The notes under the pieces were generated by a model that saw only the letters and a list, made by a program, of their open reading frames with translations, was not told where the DNA came from and did not search any database. The position numbers and the translations under genes are program-made. Of a stretch of DNA of 64,000 bases, positions 26,067 through 40,500 are shown piece by piece (the stretch's first letter is position 1; each line of letters opens with the position of its first letter). Where the stretch lies: NCBI RefSeq assembly GCF_026571515.1, contig NW_026853568.1:1-64000 (forward strand). The letters are read 5' to 3'. Source of the DNA: Ruditapes philippinarum. Lineage: Eukaryota.

Positions 26067-27273
26067 CTGTATCAGTTTTAATGATTTGTTATTATATTAT
26101 TTTATATGTATTACTATACAAATATAATTTATATATGCAAATGATATGAAAGAAATATTTCGTTAAAAAGCTGAAATATTACTAGTTACTGAACTGATTA
26201 TATATCAGGTGTTGTTGTTATATTGTCTCGAACATATTTGACTTAAAAAGGCCTAGCACTTAGATTAGATCTTTACCATAAATATCTTTACAAAATAAAC
26301 TTTATAATTCAATAAATCTTGAATAATCAAAATTTTGTTTTGATTTTCTTTCAACCTTTTTGACATGAATATATATTGGGCTAGATTGACAATTTTATCT
26401 AAATTCCCAAAGTAACACAACTTGATTTGTTTGTTTGTTTCATTTTACGCCTTTTCCCAAATACAATACAATACGTACAATCCACGAAAATTTACAAAAA
26501 GTGGTCAAGATGTGCAAACACAGCCCTAGTAAGGCAGTAGAAATATGGTGATAAAATTCTGCAAATCAGTCTTAAACCGTAACATGTAAAATGTTACTTG
26601 GATTTTGAATGTTTTTATCTTTTGCAAATTTCTCAATATTGATTTTCTTGTTATATTTTGGCTCATCTGGAGGCACAAAAGCCATTAAAATATCCCCCTC
26701 TTAACCACTTTGATTTTGGTGAAACTTTACAGAAACGATCAATACGTAGTCCTTTACAAAATTGGTAAGATCTTTAAGGTCTTTTGAACAAGATGTCATT
26801 TGGGGTCCAACCAAAAAGTGCGGTTAATTTCACATTGCACTTCCGGATCAAACGCAGTTTCTGTTAGCTATATCGTGGATTTGCCGAACAAAATCGCATA
26901 CTGGAACTCTGGCTTGTAAAATCTAGATACAGGTACATTTCAATATAGAATATTACCTGTTACTTGAGCAAAAGGAACCATCTGAAGTGGATGACACTTG
27001 CGAAAATTGTAACAATTGTCTAGTTAAATATCATAGGCTTGGTTGAAGTGAAAATTTTATTCAATTTATAAATCATGGCCTTTCTTGATACATTTATGCT
27101 TGCTGAATAAAAAAAAATAATTACGGAGTACAGACAAACTTTCATGTTGTTTTTAAGCATGATATACACGAAAAACAAACGAATATAAAGAAAATGACAC
27201 CAGACGTTCAACAGCTACGCTTACGCTGTGCAAACAAAACAAATACAACTTAGAGGTACCATTGCGGTGTAAC

Positions 27274-27964
27274 TTTTTGTGTCGCCTCTACGGAGTAGTG
27301 GCGACATAGGGATCTCTTCTCCGTCGTCTGTCCGTCCGTCACAAAAACTTGTCCGGACTACTCCTCATAAACTTCTGGTGCAATTTCATCCAAACTTTAC
27401 AGGAATGATCAGTACCAAGTCTAGAATCTAGTTGTGCATATTGTCAGCATTTTTCGGTTCAATGATTTTTGTAAGAGTTATGGCCCTTTAATATTTTTTA
27501 TTTTTAAAGTTTGTCCAGACTACTTCTCTTATACCACTAATGCAATTTCAATGAAACTTTACAGGATTGATCTGTAGCTTAAGTCCTTGCGCATATTGCA
27601 CGGGTTTTCCGGTTGAATGTTTTTTTGGCCGAGTTATGGCCCTTTGATAAAAAGGTGTTTTTTTCTGTGTATTGCCAGATACACAAAAGCTTGTCCGGAC
27701 TACTCTTCATAAACTACTGGTGTAATTTTATCCAAACTTTACAGGAATGATCAGTACCAAGTCTAGTTGTGCACTGTCAGTCTGTCCGTCTGTCACAAAA
27801 CTTGTCCCCACTACTCCTCATAAACTACTGGGGCAATTTCATCCTAACTTTACAGGAATTTATGTCGCCACTACTTCGATCACTTCTCCGTCTGTCACAA
27901 AACTTGTCCCAACATGAAATTGGCCATCATGAGGCGACACATGTGATCACTGATCGCTCTTGTT
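27274..27964 (+). mobile_element. Complete HINE, same family as 18591-19290 and 2415-2550
   Basis: tgtgtcgcctc / gaggcgacaca perfect sub-TIRs; near-identical to 18591-19290. Confidence 0.85.
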
Positions 27965-30900
27965 AATATAAGAGAGCAGTAAAATTCCGTAGCACATTAT
28001 TTTAGTAGAATACGGACTTCGTATAACAAAGTTCTTGTTCGAGTGTACTGATCATGGTATAGTTGTCACACACGTTTTTCATGATAAACGGTCCAGTACT
28101 TCTCCATATTTCAATGTTCACATAGTTTATCCCATCTATATCATTATGTACGGAATTCCGTTCACTTCCGGATATCCATTTATTATATACTTTTAAATGA
28201 AATATTGATGAAATAAAATGCGTATTTTCATTTTCCGTATAATCACTGTAAAAATTTATTTTTCACTGCAGTGAAACATATTTTCCGTATTTTCACTGGT
28301 GTATTGCCGGACTACTTTCTTTTAAATTCTGCCAGTACTCGAAATTTAATAGAAAGTCTTTCAAATTTTAATGTCCAGAAAGAAAAAAATGTATATAATA
28401 AACAGAAAATTCAAGTTTTTTCTATAAATACATGATTTATTTTCATCTTGTGGCATGAAAATTACCATATTTCACTCGTGGATACCGCCACTCATGAAAT
28501 ATTTATTTTCATACCACTCGATGAAAATAAATAATGTATTTATAGAAAAAACTTGAATATCCTCTATATATTTTCCGCAGTGGTCATTATAATGGCGTTT
28601 GATGCCGTCCTTTTGGATTTTGGGATTTTGAGACAGAGCCATCTTTTTTATTGACAAACAAAATAAGAAACACCCTGTGATAGCGTGACTTTTGTCCAAA
28701 GGGGCGGGGAATAAAACCACGTGCACCAAAAAAAAATGAGTCGGTGACTCCCTATTTTTAGTCATTTATACAGAATATACATTTTAAAGGACGTTTAAAG
28801 AAAAAAAATCAAAAATATATAATTTCTGGATTTTCTTTGATAAGCCGTTTTAAAGTCGGAAATTGTAGCTAAACTGAACGTCTGATTCTACACAAAATTG
28901 CCAAATTTCTTTCCATTTTTCAAACATTTTTTCGGCGTAATACGAAACATTTTAAGATTTTTACATTTTAAGATATTTTGTCTGCCGAAGGCGTTGTGAT
29001 ACCCGTTACAGATGGCAACGATTCGGAAAGACGTCATGTTCTTAATTAAACCTGCTTCGGTTTGCATATTTGACGTCTCTTGTACAAAAATGGCTGAAAC
29101 TATTAGAATAATATCAACGGTATCTAATATCTGAAATATGGTGAACTAATTACATCTCAGTTTTCAAGACGCTATTCGAAAGTTCGCGAAGTGCCGCGTT
29201 CTACCTTAAAATGCTGCATTTCAACGCACTTTGGGCTCAAAAGTTCTGAGATCGGCTTAAATACTGAGTAATGCCTAATATCTGCCACCTTGAAATATTT
29301 ATGGTAGTACTAAAGACATCACTGTGCGATCAAAAAATTTACTTAGTGCCATTCAAATTCGGATGTAGCAGAAATTAAAATAATCTATAATAATTGCTTA
29401 AAAGTTAGATATATTTTTTATGAATTTTACCACTTTGAATATCACACACCTGTGACTTTATAACAAACTATTTAAATTGTAAATGTATACCTTAAATAAC
29501 AGATATTGCGAAAAGCCATTTTCCTGATAAGTTTTAGTGCCATATTGAACCACAAATTGAGCTTTGATGGGAATGTAACAGAACGCGTATCTACCATATC
29601 TCATTACATCTTATTTTTAAACAATTCAATTTCTGTTAAATGACTTGTGACAAGTAAGTAAGAAGTAACATTCATCATAGAAAAGTTGTGTGAGGGCTCT
29701 TAGTTCATTTCGCTTTATTTCACAATTTTCGATATTTCTAAATATTTTGAGGATATGACCTCGCTAATTTAAACATAGAATCTACACAAAATCGCTAATA
29801 TTCGAGAAGAAAATATAGTTTGTAAAGCAATTAACATCTGTAGACACAGAAAGAGCAGCATGATTACTCGGTCAGTAAATAAATTTATGCATTAAGGTAA
29901 ATGTGGTTTGGTAGCCTCTCGGAAAATAAACCTGTCGTGTTTGTTTTTTCTTTTTAATTTTAATGATTTTAACGTTGTCCGGTATTAATCTTGTTATTCC
30001 ACGAACGTTATTGCTACTATTAATATATTTTAAGTATTCTTAAATAAACATTTGTATATCGCAATTACTTATTTAATTTGTTGCCACTTTAATGATTGAA
30101 ATTTGACATAAACGTTAATGTAAGCACTAAAGATTTTATTTGATGAATCAATGACATCTAACATGTTATTTAGAATTATTGTAAGGTTTTCAAACTATAT
30201 CTCTAAGAAAATAGATGACATATTTTCCAAAAATTACAATAAAAATAATTATTCCTGCCATAAATGGACGTGAATCTTGATCGGTGTGATGAATTTTTAT
30301 AATTTAGCATTCATCTTGGAGCTATCTTAAATGTTCATTTTTTACCGTGATGGATGCATGTTGCACCCTATTAATTACTTTTAATGCCAGAATTTTCTCA
30401 ATTATTTTACGAAGAAATATCTTTATTACATGTTTTGCAGTAGATTACTGAATTATACCGGTTAATTATATTCTGATATATCTAATTTCACAGTAATGAT
30501 TACAAAATATAATTTCACAGTAGCCGAACTATATTTGGCGCAAAAATAAAATATTTATCATTAAGGAATGTTTTTTTCAGCGGAAATGTAGTCAATCATA
30601 ATAAAAAATGTACGTGATAACTGTAGTTCGTAAATATTTACGAACGTTGTGCTGAAAAACATCTAAAATCTAAAAATAATCATGGAATTATATTTTGCTT
30701 CAACATTGTGACGTCATTATTTGATGACGTCATGAAGATAAGAGCATGACGTTACACGGCAAAAAACAGTAAAATGGTGTAAAAATCGTTAAAAAATCAT
30801 GAAATAAACAGAAAATTTGTTTGTTTTACATGTAAGATCAAATAATATTTCACTCGTGAACCCCAGCTATTATATTTTCACTCGTGGCTACGCCACTCGT

Positions 30901-31655
30901 GGAAAATATTGCATCTGGTGTTCACTCGGTGAACTATTTTTCGATCTTACACTGAAACAAACAAATATCCTCTATGTAATAGTTATAGTTCAGATTTTAA
31001 AAAATATGGAATTAGCGGAGCGCAGCAATAAGTTCTATATTTTTTAAAATATGAACTATAACTGGCTTACCGTTTGACCCACTTTCGTGGAATAAGTCAC
31101 GTACGAAGTGTCGGTACAGCGTTTGATGTAATACGAGTCCCGCCCTAACTAGTATAGATTGACAGGCCAACACATGGTCGTAGTGTTTTGACCTGTCAAT
31201 TAAAGCATTGCATTTTTATGTATTTTTATATCATTAGTCATCATGTAATAATCCTGCGATCAGGCTGGTATTTGACATGAATATAGCAAGAATCATGTTT
31301 TTGAACCATTTCATGTCGAATGTGCTGATGTGGTCACGCGGTTGCTTGATATTGATACGCAGGTTTTTATATGCAGACACAAGCAAAAAGAGGCAAAAGC
31401 TCAGGTAAATATATTTAATAAAAAAATATTCTCGAATTGTCGCAATATCTAACTGCATCATTATCTGAATGAAAATACAAATTGTAACATGACAAGCGCG
31501 CAGCTTTTGTTCGCCCAACCAGCACCGAACCTCAAAGTATTGAGGTTAATTATTCAAACATAACATGATTAATCTGCCTATAATGCTGTTGCAATTATTA
31601 AAAAAAACTTTGAAAATCATATTTAAGGGGTTTCTTTGATATTTGCATTTTGCAG

Positions 31656-32075
31656 GCCGATTTGAAAAGCTTTTGACATCTGATGACATTAAGAAAGACC
31701 AGAAATACAGTGTCCTATAATACAACGAAAAACAACTGGGCAGTGCGCGTCTGGAGGGAGTTGGCTGAAAACCGCAACCTACAACCGGAGACTTAGCAAG
31801 AGCCTGGTTATCCTATTCCCGTTCAAATAGAGCAGTTCCGTTCATGTGCAGAAATGGATTTTTGGTTACAACGATTCATCAGTGAAATTGAAAGGAAAAA
31901 TGGTGTATTTTATCCTCCAACAACTTTATTAAACATTGCTGCAAGGCTACAACGGTATCTTCGAAATGAAAAATCCATGCACGTGAACTTTGTTAAAACT
32001 GAAGATCTTTTTTTTCTGAAGTCGCCGAATATTGGATCCATGCATGCGCGAGTTGACTAACGAGGGTATAGGGGC
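31656..32075 (+). pseudogene. Degenerate Crypton-type (DUF3504/ZMYM-QRICH1-like) tyrosine-recombinase fragment
   Basis: WAVRVWRE..ENRN then MDFWLQRFISEIERKNGVFYPPTTLLNIAARLQRYLR, matching the Crypton-A/DUF3504-associated core-binding motif as I recall it; contains stops and frameshifts. Confidence 0.7.
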
Positions 32076-34462
32076 CGAAGTCAACTGTTAAAAAAGTGGA
32101 GATTTTATCAAAATGTGGAAAAAAAATGTCTTGGAATTATGAAAAATGGATATTCTGTATGATCTTTTAAAGATATGTGTTAGTTTCGAACTTTGAGATT
32201 TCTCTCGCTCCATGTCTATTATTTTCAGTTATCAGCCACAAACTGTTTTCTAATGTTTGAATTATAACCATGACGGTATAGGGAATGTAATGTTTCAATA
32301 ATTTTTGTACATGTAAAAGCTGGGATTTATAAATAACCGTATGAAATCGCTTTCTTATTTGTTTACTTTATTCGCATGCTACATTCATTGTCTAATTTAA
32401 AACTCCGCCCATATCCATAACGTCATATTTGCCAGATACCACGTCAATACCTGTTAAAATAAGTCAACTTATTTTCCACATACACCAGTCCCGGTATAGT
32501 GTATGTAATATCTTTTAAATAAATTGGAGCATTTGATTGGATAAGAAAGTGGGACAAACGGTAAATAATTAATCGATAGAAATAGTCACTGTGATATAAG
32601 GATTTGGACCGCTACAATTATTAGCGCACACGCTTGTTCATTGCAAAGGTTAAATAATGTGTTATCTAATGTATTGTTACACTAGATACACATCAAACAT
32701 ATTTACATACTAGTATCACACTTTCAAGCCTCTATTCTATGAAACATATAATTGAATATATTGTTTTATTTATTTCAACATGAATCCCTCAGATATCATA
32801 AAATTAAATGCTAGTGCTCTATCCTCTGCTATTGTTATCCGATTTTATACATTTCACCTATTTCATATCTTATTTTTAGTTTACCATTGGAATGAACTAC
32901 AATAAATAACAATAAAATATCACAAAGATTCATTTCATTTATTTAAATTCATGACCTCAATGTGCGCTCGTTTGTCTTATGTTAAAAATTGCATCTGTGT
33001 AACGAACTTTGTGATCAAAAGTGTGCTGGACCCCAAATTGCTGTGTAACATGGTTGCCAGAGCTATAGATGGAAATAAGCTTGAAAAAACACTTGGTAGA
33101 TTTTGATGAACCTCTTTAGGAACGATAATTCTGTTGTTCTTTACTAAATTTGCTAAAACTTTTACGGTATGCTGAACAAGACACCCGCCAGATCTAAAAA
33201 AAAATTTCTTCAACTGCGCTGTAGATATTAATCAATGGGTGATCTTTAGGAGGACATTCACTTGATTGCTAAATCAGTTTCGTTTTGTTAAAAGAATTAC
33301 CGCAACAGCTTAACATAGAAATAAGCTTCTAAGAACATACTCATCTCAGTCACTTAATTGTTAGATTTTAATAAAAATCTAAAGAAGACACAATTAGGAG
33401 ATCTTTTACAAAAGTTGTTAACATGGTTTAGCATATACAAATCTATTTTAGTTTGATTGTGTAGGAAGCTATAATTAAGCATATTGAATACTCGAGTCCG
33501 TTTCTGCGTCTTTGTTTTATTAATATCGACGAAAACAAAAGTTGACCTTAATACAGCAGCCAGACCGTCAGTCTGACGTATACTTCTGAATGTAAGCAAA
33601 CACTTAATTTTTTGCGAAGTAGTTTCAATGGGGTCGTAAATATAATGTCATAACAGTCTAATATTCTAACTGGTGTTTTTCGATTTGATATACTGAACAT
33701 GTAATGTATTCTATTGATTCGTTAACTTGCCCGTTTTTCGGCCATACATTTGCACAATTCTGCATTAATACTGCAAAATCCCCGCTTTATTTCAACAATC
33801 CTGCGTTTCTGGATATAGCCGGTTATACAGGTGGCAAGTTTATATTAGTAAGAGTTCGCTCTTTGTTTATTTATTTTTTGAACCTAGGAAAAAATTTGAA
33901 CAGTTTGGCGGGGGAAACGAATGTTCAAAGTTCAGGTTCGGGCTTTCCCTTGTCATGGTCACACTTTGTCATTATTTGTCCAGAGCATGGATATTTGCTT
34001 GTAGCATCATATTATATTGCAAATAAATTATTACCGTTTATATACGGCCATATAACATAACAAAACTGTTTATGACGACAAAAAGCTTATAGTATGCAAA
34101 TATCCTTTATAACGAAAACAATCAAATACCTTCATAAATAGACTGCTGTCTAGAATATATAAATTACATAAACTTTACGATTACCCAATGAAAAGCGACG
34201 ATTTTTTTCGCTATAAAAACGGTGGTTTGCATAATATCCTGAGTCACTGGGATTTATAAAACTCTTAAATATAAGCAATAAAGTAAATTTTATTGAAGAA
34301 TACGTTCCCCCAGTTAAGACCCATCACTTTTTAACAACAATAAATTATATAAAAAGTGGTAGATTCTTCAAGGACTTCCTTAATCCGATTGGCATATAAA
34401 TAATTGTTTTTGGTTAAAGACAGAATAATTTGCATTAAGCGACCATAGAGTAAAATCTAAAA

Positions 34463-34518
34463 ATGGTGTCCAACACAGAACTATACCTTGGTGTTACCAT
34501 CTTACTTCATATCATTGG
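34463..34518 (+). CDS. Receptor B exon 1, signal peptide ([19 protein letters not shown])
   Basis: ATG in aaaATGg context, hydrophobic core, GG|gtaaat phase-2 donor. Joins the next exon to give ...IIGGINA/GYC, a plausible signal peptidase site. Confidence 0.7.
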
Positions 34519-37500
34519 GTAAATATCTTTTAAACATTTCTTTTTCTTTACTTTTTTATCATGCTTTGTATTTACTTTATCAACATTTGAGCCGCGCCAT
34601 GACAAGACCAACATAATACGTTTGCGACCAGCATGGATCCAGACCACCCTGCGCATCCGCGCAGTCTGATCAGGATCCATACTGTTCGCTATCAGTTTCT
34701 CTACTTGACATTAATTTTTATCTTCGTATTTCTCGTTTCAGTGGTATCAATGCTGGATATTGCCGAGAGAGCTACACGCTGCTATTAGAACATGTTATTA
34801 CAACTGCGAGAACATCAACAAGTTGTTGGATAATTGGAAGATGCTCAAAATACAAGTATGTTTAATTTATATTTCCATTTTATTTGTCATTGCTCCACCG
34901 TTTGATAAAACATATTTTTTGAAATAAAATGCGAATTTACTGAAGGCAACGTCTACGTTTGACACAAGTTGAAACAGATATTAAAAATATATTTAGTACT
35001 TTCATCTTTTATATTATTTAAAATATTATCGGAAATTGCTTGGAAAAGAACCCATTGATTTTTAGTTGACTGTTGCCCAACATAAAGCACCTATGTTTCT
35101 AGACATATTTTTAATAATATATAGAGGATATTAAATGAGTGTAAGTTTAATACTGGATTTATTGAACGAGTTAAATAAAATTATATTGTGCGAGTCTCTG
35201 GCGAAATTCATAAATTTAGTAATGAACTTACACGAATTTAGTATTCTATTTATCACGAAGTTTGAAGTGATATAGTGATAAAGAACCATTTTTTTATTGA
35301 CGCACCAATAGTATAACGCTAACAAATGCTATGTTTATATCAAAATAATTATATGCACGCTCGTGCAATACCATTTTTACGGAGTAGCAAAATCGGCACG
35401 GGTATGTCGACGTTCTAGTGCTATTTTTGGGAAATTGAAAAAAACTGTCTGTAGACTTTGATCCTTTATCAATCATGATAAAATTTGGGACACACTTAGA
35501 ACAACTAATATCGACTTTTTTAAAACATTTTTTTCAAATTAAAATAACCCATCACCTTAATAAAATTCACGAAATCCGTTTTACGCCCTTACAATATTTA
35601 CATTTTCATGCATCGGCCAATAATTCTAAAGGGACGTAACTAGCAGTTACGCTGTTTAAAATTGTTACTTTCGACTTAGCTTAAATAGGCGCGTAAACTA
35701 CCATATATGCCCTTTTTTATCTTTTAGTGTATCATTAATTTTTTAAATACAATTGTATAATTGTTTTATCTATAACAATAATGAATTTATAATAAGTGAC
35801 CCATTTTTTTAAAGTATCCTTTGTCTTTTATCCTATGACATTGTATGTGAAGGTTACATGACAGATAAATAAAACACGTATTGATTGTAATTGTTACATA
35901 ATTATAAAATTTAGAACAGTTTCTATGTTTCATTAAATTAACTTCCAGCTGCTTATTACCTTATTATTTACCTTAGAAGTTACAACAAATTGATTCTTTC
36001 CTAGAATTAACTTTTTTGATACATTCTGTGCGTGGAAATCCCACGTAGTAATGCTACAAGTTAATGACAAAATACACAAATATTTTTTTTTTCTGTATTG
36101 AGGCATGAATGAATGATCATTCATAAGATACACATGAAATATTATCATCAAATCATGTTTTCATGTTTACATGTACATATTGTTGGAATTAGAATTACTT
36201 TAAAAAAAACTGCCAAATACAAGCTTAAAAGCACTTTGAAATTTTGAAAGAATACACTTATTATACTACTACTAACAGATCCAAATTCAAAATTTATTGT
36301 AATTAACAATCAACTTTTAGATCAATGACACTAAGACTAAGCAAATGTCAACTGTATCTAACATTAAAGTGTGTGAACTCTATGCTTACTATACCATAGT
36401 CTATTCCCGTCACACAGTGTTGTCCAATGGCCCAATGTACAAAAACCTTCGTTATTATTTAAAAAAAAATTAATTAACAGTTTTCCCTTAAAGAAATTAT
36501 TCATATTAGCTTTTATGTAATCTTGGTCCTTTCGACCCTTTTATAAGCTTGACATGCACGGTGTCTCCTGCCATCTTAGAATGACTTCTAACAGAATTGG
36601 TGTGGATTTTGTCAGTTTCTAAAGTGTTTACTGCACAAAGACACATTGTTGAAAATGAAGCCACATGAAGCTATCGGAGTAGACTAAACTTTCTTTAACA
36701 TGACAAAATTATGAATGTTTATAAAGACAATTTAATGCAATATCGTTGCTTCCTTTTTGGAAATTTCTCGGTCTATGGGAGGGGACATTCCTCCCACTCC
36801 CACCTGATTATAGATAGGTACAACTAGAGGCCTATATTTTACGAAACATGCAAAGCGCCTGTTTGAATGCAATGTTGCTATTTCTTTAATCATGTCATTT
36901 TGTTTCTAGTGATTCAGTTTTACCCCTTTATCTTTAAAGTGTATATCCTTAAATGTGTAAAGGTATGTCCCTGACTCGTGACACAAAGTCTTAACGTGCG
37001 TAAGTGTGATTATTCGACTATCTGTTTGAACTAACATATCAAAATCTTAAAAAGGCCTAACTGCTACTTAGGATCTTATAAAATTTGAGCACGGTGTAGT
37101 TATGGTGTAGTTACGCCCTTATAAAATGATCCTTTTGAGCTCGATGCACTTACGCCCTACCAATCATTCTTCGATATTGAAGCCAACTTAAATGCTAGGG
37201 TAAAGATATTTTGTCAGCAGGTGCGCGGTGACGTTCTGCTTCGAATGGCGTAAAAACATATAAAAGGGCGCAAGTACTACTTCCGCCCTTATAGCACTAG
37301 ACCGTCGATGTGATAAAAAGAGGATATTGAATGGGTGTATGTTTAATACTAAATTTATTGAACGATTTGAATAAAATCATATTATGCGAGTCTCTGGCGA
37401 GCATAATATTATTTTATTCAACTCGTTCAATAAATTCAGTATTGAAGTTACACGAATACAATATTATATTTATCACATACCCAAAATAAATAGTGTGTTT

Positions 37501-40500
37501 AAAGTGAAAAAAGAATCATTTTTCAATGACGCGTCTATTGTATAACTCTAACATTTAGCGCGTCTTAACGCTGTGTTTATACAACGCAAATGACGTCACG
37601 TCAAATTAAATGCTCGGCCATGCAATACCGTTTTTACGGAGTCGCAAAATCGGCACAGGTATGTGATGAATAAGTATTAGAAAAGCAGCTTATATGTATT
37701 ACAATTATATTATTTTATCAAACACAGGCAGATAAGTTATGCATGCAGCTCAACATGTTATAGACAAAAATGTTGCAGTGGCTACACTGGAAGTACCTGC
37801 TCGACCCGTAATGTTTTCATTATAATTTTTATTTCAAGAATTCTCATAATATTACATGCCGTTTGAATGTTTAACTTAGCGAAATCATAGAATAAAATTA
37901 ATCAGATAAAAATATTTAAGTAATAATCTTTTTATAGTAAACATTTTTGATAGTAAGTTTAGGATATATATATGATTGTGATAAAATTTATTTCATCAAA
38001 AACTAATAGATAAATAAAAAATAATTAAGTAACAAAAATAAAAATAAATTAATAGATACAATGTACATATATATTTAGTAAAGGTATGCAACTCGCAGCT
38101 CATTTTTCAGCACTCATCCAAATATGAACACCATAACTCAAATTTCAAAATCTTGGTTCCAAATGGTAGGTCAAAGGAACTAAAGCTGTTATTTCTATGA
38201 TTTCAATGTTAGGTAGATATGTTATCTTATCTAGAAGTCACAGCAAGTAGAAACAAGAGCTAGATGTGACCGCTGGGGTTTTGTAAGAATTACCAAACTG
38301 AACGGCAGTTAAATCGGAATGAATGAATAATGTTATGTATTGAAATATTGATAAAATTATTCATGAAAGATAATTAAAAAAAAAACTCAGTTTTTAAATA
38401 CCGCTAAGACGGATATCATTTCTTAAATACTAATCATTTTCATTGGGATAAATGTGTAAAGTTTGACGGACAGGTTGCAGTTAAACACATGCAAACGATT
38501 TGATTTTCTTACTTTTTACCTTCCAGCTATATGTTTTGGCTCTACGTCTTGTCCAAACGGAGGAACATGCATATCTCCTGACAGATGTTCTTGTCGACCT
38601 GGATTTTCTGAACCAAAGTGTTCAGGTAACTTATTTATATTTATTTTTCTACTTATTCTGTGTGAACAATTCTACAATGTACGATTATTAAATTTCTCAG
38701 ATACTTTCAGTTTTTTTGTTGTTATTATTATTTTTATTTTATTTATTATTTTTAAATTATTATTATTAAATTTAAATTAAAAAGGAACCCCATTTTCTTT
38801 TAACTTGAAAAGGGGAAAAATATGGGAAAATGAATTTCCCTTTAATCTAAATTTAAAGATCTTTTTACATTTTTTACTTGGCAAAATACCAGATTTAAAT
38901 AATTTGTTTTTTGGAAAAAAAAAAAACCGGTTGTGTCCCCGGTAAAGGTCCCAGCAATTATAAAACTAGGGTTTTAATTTTTAAAATTTCGTGCCCATTT
39001 TCCATTTGAAACGTAAATATTGAAACCATGCCTGTTTAATTTTCCCAAAATATAGTTTTTTTTCTTTTTTTTTAAAAGATGCAAACGAAATTTTTTAAAC
39101 CAAAAGTTTGAATAAATGTAAACCTTTAGATTTACTAATAGGGCAGGGTTTTCATAAAAAATGTTTTTTTAAAACGCGGGGCTACGGGCTTTTTGAAAGA
39201 TGGAAATCATGCCAAAGGTTCGTAGCTTTTATATTTACATATTATTTGATAACAAAATTTAATAGACGAAGTGTTTTTTATTGTGTTTGTGCATGATGAT
39301 GTTTGGTACAGTTCTGTCTTTTCTTACTACATGTTCTCCCTTTAAACTTTGTAAAATGCTCATAGATTATCAGGCAACTTTAAAAAAGCACAACAAGTTA
39401 GGGTCACAGATTTATTTTTTTATATTTTCTTTCTACAAACTATTATCATAAGGCATTTCAATTGAACGACAGCGGTTTAATATGCAATTAAAATGTTACA
39501 TTTAGAAATATTGAGACACTGTTAAAATGTCAGCAGAATTTATAATCTTTTTATAGACTACTTCAATATGCAGAAATTAATTTCTAAAGTATAAGTACTT
39601 CCTTAAATCTCTTACAAAATATCCCCTATAACTTTTATTTTGATCAATATTTACTTAACGCGTGGTTTATAAGTGTGAAGACAGCAATAAATGTCAGAAT
39701 AAGTTATTTTGGTAATATTATACGGTCTTTAAATTGATACTTGAAAGTCAAAGGCACATGTTGTTTCAAATCATAAAAATCATCTATTAAATGACATTCC
39801 TTGTGGCAAGTGTTTGTCTTCCCTTATTACAAATACGGATTTATTGCTAATAAAGTATTTATATCGTAATATTCCATAAAAGATTAAAATCTTTGAAGTA
39901 TATTTTATTATTTATCAAGTCGTTTTTTATTCTTCCTTTTTTAATCTAACCAAACTTCTTTTTTACAACTGGTATAAATATATCAATACATTAAAGTAAG
40001 TCCAACTGTTATTTATTCAAAATGTTCTTTCATTTTAAGTTAATTAAAGGTCATACTTGACTAATTTTCTGATCGAAATGGCTCCATGTTATCTCATTGG
40101 CACTGGTAGCAATTTTTATGACCCGTCCAAAATAGAGAGGCATGTAGTGTTCGTACTGTTCGTCCGTCCTCCCTCTGTTTTAAATATATGGTTCATTAAA
40201 GATCAAGGTCACAATTTAGGACTTCTAAGGTTTATAGCTTCATAAAAGTACATCGAAGGTAATATTCAGTCATCAATTCTGTCCTCAATGAATTGTTTTT
40301 GAAATACATTGGCTTACTTCTGTGGCACGTTAGGAAAACTTCTCATTCACAAAAGCCAAGGCAAAAGAGGTTTGAAGTTTATACTTAAAAATGTAAAAAT
40401 TTAGTAAAATTTGAAAAATTGTGTCTTTTCATTTTTTGTATATTTTTTTAAATTTAGGGCTAAAGATATATGAGATATTTTTTGTCACTGTTTTTTATTT

